Counted from the stretch's first letter, positions 17,109 through 26,150 are shown. The stretch is 32,000 nt of DNA from Candidatus Nanobsidianus stetteri (GCF_003086415.1 NZ_QEFP02000004.1:60001-92000); one strand, 5' to 3'. Notes: a model not told the origin generated them from the letters alone. Made by a program: numbers and translations.

Positions 17109-18091
17109 TGATGAAAAGAATAGTAATATTGGGAACTTCATCTTCAATGCCTACTAAAAGTAGAAATCATCCAGGGATATTTATAAAATTCAATAAGAAA
17201 GGAATTTTACTAGATTGTGGAGAAAATATACAAAGACAATTAAGAATAATGAAAATCTCACCAACTGATATAGATTATATATTAATTACACATTGGCACG
17301 GAGATCATATTTTAGGATTACCAGGTATTTTTCAAAGTTTATCTAGCATGAATTATAATAAAAAATTAAATATAATAATTCCAAAAGAAAATATAGAAAA
17401 TTTAAAAAAAATAATTGAGGGTTTTATTATTCCGATAAACTTCGATATAAATATAATAGAAGCAAGAGAGGGTTTAATAGTTGATGAAGAAGATTTCCAA
17501 ATATATGGGATAAAAACAAAACATTCTACAATATCTTATTCATATTATATTATAGAAAAAGATTATATTAAACTAGATAAAGATCTTCTAAATAAATATA
17601 ATATAAAAAATAAAGAATTAATTAAAAAATTAAAAGAAGGAAAGGAAATAGAAATAAATGGTAAAAAAATATCTTATAAAGATGTAGGATATATAAAGAG
17701 AGGGATTAAAATTACATATATTACTGATACAATATTTTTTGATAAATTGATTGAATTTGCGAGGGATAGTACAATATTAATATCTGAATCTACATATTTC
17801 TTCCAACCAGATCTTGCAAAGAAAAATATGCATATGGATTTTTTAGAAGTTAGAGAGATATTTAATAGAAGTAATAGCAAAATATTATTATTAACACATT
17901 TTAGTCAAAGATATGAGGAAGAAATGGAAAATATAAGGAAAGATATTGAAGAAAAAAATGAAAATATTTATATATTGGACGACTTTGATGAAATATATAT
18001 CTACAAAGATAAAATAGAATTAAAATTAAAGAGAAAGGAAATTATTTATAAATATGATGAAAAAACTGGAGATGTATTAAGACTCAATTAA
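17096..18091 (+). CDS. rnz: ribonuclease Z (tRNA 3' endonuclease, metallo-beta-lactamase fold)
   Basis: 331 aa. ILGTSSSMPTKSRNHPG, LLDCGE and HWHGDH (HxHxDH). The likely true start is the ATG at 17108 or 17111, overlapping the GT2 stop (TGATG). Confidence 0.85.
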   Translation: MEGLMMKRIVILGTSSSMPTKSRNHPGIFIKFNKKGILLDCGENIQRQLRIMKISPTDIDYILITHWHGDHILGLPGIFQSLSSMNYNKKLNIIIPKENIENLKKIIEGFIIPINFDINIIEAREGLIVDEEDFQIYGIKTKHSTISYSYYIIEKDYIKLDKDLLNKYNIKNKELIKKLKEGKEIEINGKKISYKDVGYIKRGIKITYITDTIFFDKLIEFARDSTILISESTYFFQPDLAKKNMHMDFLEVREIFNRSNSKILLLTHFSQRYEEEMENIRKDIEEKNENIYILDDFDEIYIYKDKIELKLKRKEIIYKYDEKTGDVLRLN

Positions 18092-18517
18092 CTTTTTCAA
18101 TTCTTCCTTTAATTCTTCTAATTCTGCAGATATGTCGTCAAGTTCTTTTCTAATTTGATTATTATTTTCCTTATTTTCTTCATTCATTACTTCAACTTTT
18201 GGTTTCTTTCTTACTCTCTTTTTTTCTTTAATTTCTACCTTATCCAATTCTTCAGAATTAATTTCCTTATATAGTTCTTCTATACCTTTTGTTTCTGGTA
18301 ATGAATTTAATAGTTCGTCTATTATATCTTTTATAGACTTTATATTTTCCAATAATTTATCTAATCTCTGAATCCTAATTTCATGATTCTTTATATCATG
18401 CAATACATCATATAGTTGCAAATATATATTTCTTTTTACTCTCTTAATTACTCCCAATACATCTTTCTCGGATTTTATTCCAACATATAGATCATCTAGA
18501 GACATTGTATGAACCAT
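18077..18517 (-). CDS. hypothetical coiled-coil protein
   Basis: 146 aa, K/E/L/I-rich with heptad-like regions and a basic KKRVRKKPK stretch. The start codon lies 4 nt after the tRNA-Gly 3' end. The 3' end overlaps rnz by 15 nt in convergent orientation. Confidence 0.5.
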   Translation of the reverse strand: MVHTMSLDDLYVGIKSEKDVLGVIKRVKRNIYLQLYDVLHDIKNHEIRIQRLDKLLENIKSIKDIIDELLNSLPETKGIEELYKEINSEELDKVEIKEKKRVRKKPKVEVMNEENKENNNQIRKELDDISAELEELKEELKKLIES

Positions 18518-18521
18518 TTTA

Positions 18522-18592
18522 TGCGCCGGCCGGGATTCGAACCCGGGTCTTAGGCTAGGCAGGCCTACGTCCTACCACTAGACTACCGGCGC
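18522..18592 (-). tRNA. tRNA-Gly (anticodon GCC)
   Basis: The reverse complement folds as GCGCCGG-TA-GTCT-AGTGGTA-GGAC-G-TAGGC-CTGCCTA-GCCTA-AGAC-CCGGG-TTCGAAT-CCCGG-CCGGCGC-A. 71 nt, no CCA, no intron. Confidence 0.95.
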
Positions 18593-18600
18593 TCTCCATT

Positions 18601-19257
18601 CTATCTAAATATATCTAACACACTATTTATATTACTTTTCGATTCTTCCAATTTTTCTTTTAATCCTTTTATACTTTCTAATCTCTTATTTTCATCTTCC
18701 TTTAATTCACTAACTAATTTTTCTACTTCAGACATCTTTTCCTTTAATTGTTGTAATAGTTCTCTAACTCTTTTATAATCTTCTACCTTTATTAATAATT
18801 CTTTTCTTACTTCTAATGGTTTTTCTTCCTTTATATGTTTTTTATGAACACTTTCTTTAACTTTTTCCTTCAATAATGGTTTATTTTCCTCTAAAGCTGG
18901 TTGTTGACTAAATCCTTGAGATCCAAACATTGGTTGTTGATTTCCAAATCCTCCAAATTGTTGGTTATTAATATTCTGAACTCCACCGATATTTTGTTGT
19001 CCCATTCCTGCAAATTGTTGTTGACCAAATCCCTGGGATCCGAATGCTGGTTGCTGGTTTTGGTTTCCTAATACGCCAAAACTACCCGGGTTGTTGTTAT
19101 AATCATAAAGATTCTGGCCAGTTCCTGGAATATTATAATTATTACCCATATCCATTGACATACCGCCCATTCCTCCAAGTTGGTTTTTTAGATTGTCTAG
19201 GTCTCCATAAAAGTCTTCTTCATTCTTATTCTTTTTCTTAAATAAACTTATTACCAT
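18601..19257 (-). CDS. hypothetical protein: Q/N/G/F-rich low-complexity domain plus C-terminal coiled coil
   Basis: 218 aa. The N-terminus is MVISLFKKKNK. Residues ~28-113 are almost entirely G/Q/N/F/M/S/P with repeats (QPAFGSQGFGQQQFAGMGQQ, QQFGGFGNQQPMFGSQGFSQQ). The C-terminal ~90 aa are a K/E/L coiled coil. The stop codon lies 8 nt before tRNA-Gly. Confidence 0.55.
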   Translation of the reverse strand: MVISLFKKKNKNEEDFYGDLDNLKNQLGGMGGMSMDMGNNYNIPGTGQNLYDYNNNPGSFGVLGNQNQQPAFGSQGFGQQQFAGMGQQNIGGVQNINNQQFGGFGNQQPMFGSQGFSQQPALEENKPLLKEKVKESVHKKHIKEEKPLEVRKELLIKVEDYKRVRELLQQLKEKMSEVEKLVSELKEDENKRLESIKGLKEKLEESKSNINSVLDIFR

Positions 19258-19293
19258 ATAATATAATTAATAAGTCATAAAATATAAATCTTA

Positions 19294-22107
19294 TTATTCT
19301 AAAAATACAATAGCTGGTTTATATGGCATTGCCCTATTCTTTTTAGATTCTTCTGATTCCTCTTCATATTCTATAATTATATCTTTAACATTTAATTCAG
19401 ATTTAAATAAATCTACAGCAGAATTTAATAGTTCATATTCTTTTTCTCTATCTAGAAATTCGTCAAGTATGTATATATTCTTCTTTACAAACGATAATAT
19501 ATCCCTGTAGTTTGGATAATTATTTAAAAATTCATCAATCTTATTTTTATTATTTCTTAATTCATTAAATAATTCATATTTTTCTTTACTTGCAATTATT
19601 ATTTTTACTTTATTAAATATTTTATTATTCATTAATATTTTTAACTTTATTAAATCATCTCTTACAGATTTTACATATTTCTCATACTTTTCATATTCAT
19701 CTGTATAACTTAAATTTTCTGGATATCTTATATTAAAAGGATCCAGACCAATTTTTTCAAATATTTCAGAAATAATATGGGGAACAATTGGATATAAAAA
19801 TATTGCCTTATATTCAATATATTTATTTACAATTTTTCCATTTATCTTACCAGAAGCTCTCTTTAAATACCATTCAAAAGAATTATCCAATTCAAATATC
19901 TTATTAATAACATTCATATAATTTAATTTCCCATATTCATCTTCAATTTCTTTTGCCAATTTATTTAATTTATTTTCAAACCATAGATCTATATAACTTT
20001 TTTCATATTCTTTATGTTTATTATAATTTTCTATTGAATAATTATAGAATGATATTAAATATTTCATTACGAATTCTGATTTTCCTAAATCTATCTTTGC
20101 ATCATCATAGGATGAATTCGCAGACATTGCGATAATAAATCTTAATATATCTGCAGAATATTTTCTTAAAGCATCTTTTAATGATATATAATTTCCCAAA
20201 GATTTTGACATTTTTCTTCCCAAAGCATCTACGGCATATCCATTTATAGCAATACCTCTTGGCCAATATTTTTTATCAAATATTGCTACATGATGAAATA
20301 TAAAGAATGATAGATGATTTGGAATTAAATCTTTTCCAGAACTTCTTAAATCTACAGGATACCAATATTCAAATTCTTCTTTCATCTTCTTTACAATATC
20401 TCCATATTTTCTTATTATTTCTTCCTCATTTCCTTTATTCAAAAATATATAATCAAATAAATCATCCTCAATTTTATCTGGATTTATATTTTTTATTAAA
20501 TGAGCAATTGTATAAAATGCCATATATATTGTAGAATCTGATAACGATTCTATTACCCAGGATTTATCCCAGGGTAAAGGTGTTCCCAATTCATCCTTAT
20601 TATGTGCACATGCCCAATCTTTCAACCAATCAATTTTTTGATGGAAATCTTGTCTTACATTTTCTGGATAAAAGTTCATATTATCTACACATTCATGAGC
20701 AAGTTTTTTCCATTCAGGATCTGAATATTTTAAGAACCATTGATTATCTATAATTTTTACAATACATTGATTACCATACCTAGATTCAAATCTTGGTTTT
20801 AATGTATAATGTATCTTTGCTATATTTTTATCTATAAAATCTTTAGCAATATTATCCTTTGCTTCATATATTTTCATACCACTATATTTTCCAAAGATAT
20901 CAGTTAATACTCCATTATAATATTCTAAAGAATATACTTCTTTTGTTGCATCTTCCAATTTTTGTACATCTTTTTGATTATTTATTTTCATTTTTTCAAC
21001 AATCTCCTTTGCAGGTATATTATATCCAGGAACCTTAAATAAAACTTTCATATTATCTAAACATTTCTTTGCTATTTCTTTATATTCTGTATTTAATAAA
21101 TCTCTCAATCCAATATAATCATATGGAGCATGAGAAGGAACACTCATAACAATACCAGTTCCAGTTTTTGTATCAACAAATTCTGCAGGCAATATTGGTA
21201 CTACTTCATTTGTTAATGGATTTATACATTCTTTTCCAATTAATTCTTTAACATCAATATCTTTAATTTTCTCTAATTTATATCCTTGTGCATTAAATTC
21301 ATCAACAACTATTGTATCTGGTAATATATATTTATTACCACTTTCCTTATCTAAATATATTGAATATTTTCTATTTGGATTTATCCATATATTAGTTACT
21401 CCATATAATGTTTCTGGTCTTAATGTAAATGCTGGTAATATTATATTTTCATCCTTTAATCTAAATAAAATTATATAACCTTCTGTAGGACCTATTCCAG
21501 CATATTCATCAGGTCTATCATGATCTCCAACAGGTATATTTGCAACTGGATCATATACTACAGGATGCTTTCCAGTTATAACTAAACCTTTTTCTTTCAA
21601 TTTTCTATATTGCCATTCTATAAATTTATTATACCATGGATGTAAATATGTTGTATAAAATTTTCTTCTCCAATCTATTGAACATCCCAAATTTTTTATA
21701 TCTTCCTCAGCTTTTTCTACAAAGTATAAAGCCCATCCTGCTGGATCTTTTAATTTTTCTATATCTTCATCAGAAACTCCTTCATCTTTTAATTCCTTTA
21801 TAAGTTTTTTATCACCATTTCTCAATCTCCATGATTTTGCAACAATTGGTGATCCAGTTAAATGAAAACCTTGGGGAAATAATACATTATAACCCTTTAA
21901 TCTTTTATATCTAGCAATAATATCTACTCTAGTTAAAGATAAGGCAGTACCAATATGAAGAAATCCACTTACATATGGATAAGGAAATGTAACAAAAAAC
22001 TTTGGTTTTCCTTTATCAGGATTCGAATAATATATTTGTTTTTCATCCCATATCTTTTGCCATTTTTTCTCTATCTCTTTAAAGAATTCTATATTATTTT
22101 CATTCAT
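19294..22107 (-). CDS. leuS: leucyl-tRNA synthetase (archaeal type)
   Basis: 937 aa. FFVTFPYPYVSGFLHIGT, LFPQGFHLTGSPI, a CP1 editing region (TLRPETLYG, GTGIVMSVPSHAPYD) and GRKMSKSLGN. Confidence 0.95.
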   Translation of the reverse strand: MNENNIEFFKEIEKKWQKIWDEKQIYYSNPDKGKPKFFVTFPYPYVSGFLHIGTALSLTRVDIIARYKRLKGYNVLFPQGFHLTGSPIVAKSWRLRNGDKKLIKELKDEGVSDEDIEKLKDPAGWALYFVEKAEEDIKNLGCSIDWRRKFYTTYLHPWYNKFIEWQYRKLKEKGLVITGKHPVVYDPVANIPVGDHDRPDEYAGIGPTEGYIILFRLKDENIILPAFTLRPETLYGVTNIWINPNRKYSIYLDKESGNKYILPDTIVVDEFNAQGYKLEKIKDIDVKELIGKECINPLTNEVVPILPAEFVDTKTGTGIVMSVPSHAPYDYIGLRDLLNTEYKEIAKKCLDNMKVLFKVPGYNIPAKEIVEKMKINNQKDVQKLEDATKEVYSLEYYNGVLTDIFGKYSGMKIYEAKDNIAKDFIDKNIAKIHYTLKPRFESRYGNQCIVKIIDNQWFLKYSDPEWKKLAHECVDNMNFYPENVRQDFHQKIDWLKDWACAHNKDELGTPLPWDKSWVIESLSDSTIYMAFYTIAHLIKNINPDKIEDDLFDYIFLNKGNEEEIIRKYGDIVKKMKEEFEYWYPVDLRSSGKDLIPNHLSFFIFHHVAIFDKKYWPRGIAINGYAVDALGRKMSKSLGNYISLKDALRKYSADILRFIIAMSANSSYDDAKIDLGKSEFVMKYLISFYNYSIENYNKHKEYEKSYIDLWFENKLNKLAKEIEDEYGKLNYMNVINKIFELDNSFEWYLKRASGKINGKIVNKYIEYKAIFLYPIVPHIISEIFEKIGLDPFNIRYPENLSYTDEYEKYEKYVKSVRDDLIKLKILMNNKIFNKVKIIIASKEKYELFNELRNNKNKIDEFLNNYPNYRDILSFVKKNIYILDEFLDREKEYELLNSAVDLFKSELNVKDIIIEYEEESEESKKNRAMPYKPAIVFLE

Positions 22108-22161
22108 AAAGTAATTTAAATATAAAAATACTTTTAAAATTATTTTTTATGATTTTATTAA

Positions 22162-22779
22162 ATGGCATATAATAAAAAGTATGCTGATTGGGGTAAAAAG
22201 GTATGGGTAGATATATATGCACCTGTAGAAATATTTAATGAAAATAAAATTGGAGAAACACCAGTAAATAAGGATAATATTGAAAATGTTATTGGAAGAA
22301 CTGTAGATTTAAATCTTGCATTTGTATTGAATAATTTTAAGTATCAGAACTATAAGGTTATATTTCAAATAAATAAAGTATCCGGATTAAAAGCTTATAC
22401 AGAAGTAAAGGAGGTAATGTTGTATCCATCATATATAAGAAGAATAACCATGAAGGGAACATCAAAGATAGAAGATTCATTTATAGTAAAAACAAGTGAT
22501 GGATATGATGTAAGGATAAAACCATTAGTTATTACAAGATTTAAAGCACATAGATCACAAAGAACTGAAATAAGAAAAGTATATAGAAAATATTTAGAAG
22601 AGAAAGTTTCTTCATTAAAATATTATGAACTCATTGAGAAAGTAATAAATTATGATTTACAAAATGAAATAAAGCCAGCATTAAATAAAATATTTCCTGT
22701 TAGTTATGTTGAAATAAAGAGAATAACAAAAATAAGTCAAGCTAAACAAAGAATTCAACAAGCAGTAGAAAATAAATAG
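22162..22779 (+). CDS. rps3ae: 30S ribosomal protein eS1 (S3Ae)
   Basis: 205 aa. KKVWVDIYAP near the N-terminus and an overall basic composition are typical of S3Ae. Confidence 0.88.
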   Translation: MAYNKKYADWGKKVWVDIYAPVEIFNENKIGETPVNKDNIENVIGRTVDLNLAFVLNNFKYQNYKVIFQINKVSGLKAYTEVKEVMLYPSYIRRITMKGTSKIEDSFIVKTSDGYDVRIKPLVITRFKAHRSQRTEIRKVYRKYLEEKVSSLKYYELIEKVINYDLQNEIKPALNKIFPVSYVEIKRITKISQAKQRIQQAVENK

Positions 22780-23928
22780 TTATTTTTTAATTTCTATTAG
22801 AAATCCTTTAAGATATGATAATTCTTTATGTGGAAATATAACTTTATGATCTAAAGCTTGATTAAATTTATACAATATTTCAAATTTCTTATTTTTTCTT
22901 CTTATTAATGTTCTAATTAATGAATAAAATTTTCTTTCATTTAAATCTTGAGAACATGAAAACGTTATTAAATATCCTTCATCAATTAAATCTAAGGCAA
23001 TGGAATTTATTAATATAAAACTTCTAATTCCCTTTTCATAATTTTCTGCCAATAGATCTGGAGGATCCAATATAATTATATCAAATTTCCTTTTTTCTAA
23101 ATAAAATTGTTTTAATATTTTATATGCATTACCATTTATTACATTATAATTTTCTATATTATTTAATTTCAAATTTCTATATAACATGCTAGTTGATTCT
23201 TTATTTTTTTCAATAAAATATTTTTCCTCACCATTAATAATTATACCAAAAGATCCTGAATATGAAAATACATCCAAAACTCTATCTCCATATAATTGAC
23301 TAACAATTTTCCTATTTTCTCTTTGATCTAAAAACCATCCGGTCTTTTGCCCCTTTAATATATTTATATAAAATTTTTTATTTACTTCCTCTATTTCAGT
23401 TTCATATTTATTTCCATAAATAAACCTCTCTATAGGTTTTAAATATGATCTTTCCCTTTGTTTTCCAATACTCTTTTCATAAATTGTAATATCTTTTCCA
23501 TATACATCTATTAATGCATCTCTAATTATATTAATATTTTTGTCAAAAAAAGCATTTGAATTTTGTATTACAAATATATTATTATATTTATCTATAATTA
23601 AACCAGATAAAAAATCTGATTCTGAATATATCAATCTATAATGATCTTTATAATTTATTGTTTTTTCTCTATATTCTTTCGCTTTCTTTATTTTTTCCTT
23701 TATCTCATTATATATATCTATATCTTCATTATATGAAAATATTCTAATATAATGATATTGATCTTTTGGATTTATTATCCCCCAAGCTAAAAAATTATTA
23801 TTATATTTTAATTTAACCAATTCGCCAGGTTCTGCCTCAATTTTTTTAATCCAATTTACAGAAAAAACCTGTCTTCCTTTTTTTATTTCTCTTTTTACCC
23901 TTTCTCCAACTTCAATTTCATATTGCAT
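22780..23928 (-). CDS. PUA-domain class I SAM-dependent RNA methyltransferase (RlmI/COG1092-like)
   Basis: 382 aa. N-terminal PUA-like region, motif I variant VLDVFSYSGSFGI and motif IV IILDPPD. Confidence 0.78.
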   Translation of the reverse strand: MQYEIEVGERVKREIKKGRQVFSVNWIKKIEAEPGELVKLKYNNNFLAWGIINPKDQYHYIRIFSYNEDIDIYNEIKEKIKKAKEYREKTINYKDHYRLIYSESDFLSGLIIDKYNNIFVIQNSNAFFDKNINIIRDALIDVYGKDITIYEKSIGKQRERSYLKPIERFIYGNKYETEIEEVNKKFYINILKGQKTGWFLDQRENRKIVSQLYGDRVLDVFSYSGSFGIIINGEEKYFIEKNKESTSMLYRNLKLNNIENYNVINGNAYKILKQFYLEKRKFDIIILDPPDLLAENYEKGIRSFILINSIALDLIDEGYLITFSCSQDLNERKFYSLIRTLIRRKNKKFEILYKFNQALDHKVIFPHKELSYLKGFLIEIKK

Positions 23929-25249
23929 ATTCGGTTGATAATATTAAATAATACAAACCAGAATTTATATTGCCCATATTTATTAAATCTTTTCCAAATT
24001 GTAAATAATTATAAGAAGTTATAGAAAATCCATATTTATTATAGTAATAATAATCTAACTGTTCTATCGATTTTATAGTATCATTACTAATATAATTTGT
24101 ACTATTTGTTATATATAAATAATATAAATTAGATAAATAGTCCATTTTTTCAAAACATGATAAATTTAATGGCAATTGATATTGATATAAATATTGCATT
24201 AATGTATATTGTTGATCTATTAATGAACATTCATTTTCTTTATATATATTATCTGTTATTGATAAAAATTGAGCCCAACCAATTGCTGAATAATATCTCC
24301 AATATGATTCTTGTAAATTATCTAAAGTTTCATTAGCATTTTCTAATCTTGATATTACTTGATATTTTATTTCTTCACATTCATAATTTCCAAAGCATTG
24401 ATAATTATTTATATAATTGTAAAAATCTGTTATATCTTTTTCTAATTCTTCTCTAGTTATATTTGGATAAAATTTTGGATTAGTAACTTTTTGTTCAAAA
24501 CATAAACTTGCCGCTGTATAATAATCTCCCAAAGAAATATAATAATTTACAGTACTATTATTTATTCCACTACATATTTCATTTGTTATATTTTTCATAA
24601 CATCTATATAATCTTGAGGAACATTATATGTACTATTAAATTGCTCTCCAAAATATATTTTTTCCAAATCTAGTATTGTATATACAGGAATTATGTTAGA
24701 ATTATTATAATATGGAGCCACCATATATGGAAAATATTGTAAAGTTGCATTTAGTTTATATCTAATACCTTCAACTGGTGCTATTATTCCATTTGGTAAC
24801 ATAAAACCTGTGATTGGATAATCAACTATTGCAGTTTTATTTGATAAGGCTTCTAAAACAAGTAACGTTAATCCTGCAGTACCTGAAAATCCTTCTGCAA
24901 ACAATACATCATTTGAACTAAAATAATAATCATAATTATTACATTTATTTGGATATATATTACATGCAGCAACCTTTGCAAATAAATATGCTAACTCATA
25001 ATCATCATATGATATTGGAGGAATACTTGCATACACATTTCCAGAACCTGGGGATATTCTTAAGAAAAACTGTGTAACTTCTCCAGATAAATTATTTGAT
25101 TGATTTAGAACCGCAGGAATATATACTGAATATTCATTACTATATGAAAAATTAAATCTTTCACTATATAATATTAATAGAAATCCTAATAATACTATAA
25201 ATAATGCAATTAAGTAATATAATATAATTCTTTTGCTCATTTTATTCAA
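23918..25249 (-). CDS. membrane-anchored extracellular protein with a Lon-protease-like (S16) domain and a Tyr/Asn/Cys-rich C-terminal region
   Basis: 443 aa. N-terminal TM/signal anchor (IILYYLIALFIVLLGFLLILY). AEGFSGTAGLTLLVLEAL...ITGFMLPNGIIAPVEGIRYKLNA resembles Lon_C xGPSAGxxxxxA...TGEIxxxGxVxPVGGxxxKxxAA. Many N-x-S/T sequons. Confidence 0.5.
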   Translation of the reverse strand: MNKMSKRIILYYLIALFIVLLGFLLILYSERFNFSYSNEYSVYIPAVLNQSNNLSGEVTQFFLRISPGSGNVYASIPPISYDDYELAYLFAKVAACNIYPNKCNNYDYYFSSNDVLFAEGFSGTAGLTLLVLEALSNKTAIVDYPITGFMLPNGIIAPVEGIRYKLNATLQYFPYMVAPYYNNSNIIPVYTILDLEKIYFGEQFNSTYNVPQDYIDVMKNITNEICSGINNSTVNYYISLGDYYTAASLCFEQKVTNPKFYPNITREELEKDITDFYNYINNYQCFGNYECEEIKYQVISRLENANETLDNLQESYWRYYSAIGWAQFLSITDNIYKENECSLIDQQYTLMQYLYQYQLPLNLSCFEKMDYLSNLYYLYITNSTNYISNDTIKSIEQLDYYYYNKYGFSITSYNYLQFGKDLINMGNINSGLYYLILSTEYAI

Positions 25250-25263
25250 AATATAGGAAATCT

Positions 25264-26127
25264 TTATAAATTTCTATTATCCACATAATTTGAAGATTTA
25301 ATTATTTCATCTAGATTTTTTAGATAATATTTTACTATTTTTTGATTATAATATACTCTAAAATCAATTTCAAAGTAATATATTTTTTTATTGTTCATAT
25401 TTGTAGTTCTTATATCTTTTAAACTTAAATTATAGACATTATATTTTATTGCACCTCTTTTAATTATTTTGAAATTCTGTTCTATTGTTTTTTTCGCCCA
25501 ATTCACATATCCCAAATTCTCAGAATAAAAATAAATTATTCCATAAAGATTAATTTTATCTGTTTTTCTAATTAAGTCAAATTCTTGTGTCCTCTTTAAT
25601 AAATATTGATATAACATTAATTGGCCTGAATTTATTTTTATTAGTCTGAAAATTTCTCTATTTAAAATATCTTCCCTTGATTCTTTTACATGATCGATAA
25701 AGTCAGTAAGATTAAAAGACTTTACTTCATGAATCTTTGCTTTATTATACATATCACCTTCAAAACTTAATCCATCAGGTTCTCCAACTATTAATATACG
25801 ATATCCGTTACGGTATTCAATCGATATTAGAGGATATACTTTAGATTTTGTTTTTAATATTAACATTTTTTCAAAATGACTTGCAAATTCTTTATTACTA
25901 GCATACCAACGATTTTCTTTAGATATTTCATTGCTTCCTTTTTTATTATGTTTAACAAGAAGACTTGCAGCTACTACAGGTATATTTCCATATTCTTTTT
26001 TTATTTTATTTTCTAAAAAATCCTCTAATCTCTTTAGATATGAACTATCATAATTAGGATTATTTGTTTTTTCTTGTAAGTCTCCTATTAAAATTTCTAA
26101 TATTGATACTCCGTGATGATGGTACAT
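25264..26127 (-). CDS. hypothetical protein, candidate PD-(D/E)xK (RecB/Cas4-like) nuclease without cysteines
   Basis: 287 aa. Ordered motifs: early acidic helix (GVSILEIL), IVGEPDGL (D), KIHEVKSF (ExK) and SGQLMLYQYLL (QxxxY). No Cys residues, so no Cas4-type Fe-S cluster. Confidence 0.4.
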   Translation of the reverse strand: MYHHHGVSILEILIGDLQEKTNNPNYDSSYLKRLEDFLENKIKKEYGNIPVVAASLLVKHNKKGSNEISKENRWYASNKEFASHFEKMLILKTKSKVYPLISIEYRNGYRILIVGEPDGLSFEGDMYNKAKIHEVKSFNLTDFIDHVKESREDILNREIFRLIKINSGQLMLYQYLLKRTQEFDLIRKTDKINLYGIIYFYSENLGYVNWAKKTIEQNFKIIKRGAIKYNVYNLSLKDIRTTNMNNKKIYYFEIDFRVYYNQKIVKYYLKNLDEIIKSSNYVDNRNL

Positions 26128-26150
26128 AATTATAGTAATTTAGTAAAGTT

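Noticed and set aside
22108-22161. A palindromic TTTTAAAA in the 54-bp divergent leuS/eS1 spacer as a shared bidirectional TATA element.
   Set aside because: The geometry works for eS1 (about -27 from its ATG) and roughly for leuS. However, TATA-like strings fill the whole spacer, so the sequence alone cannot discriminate between them.
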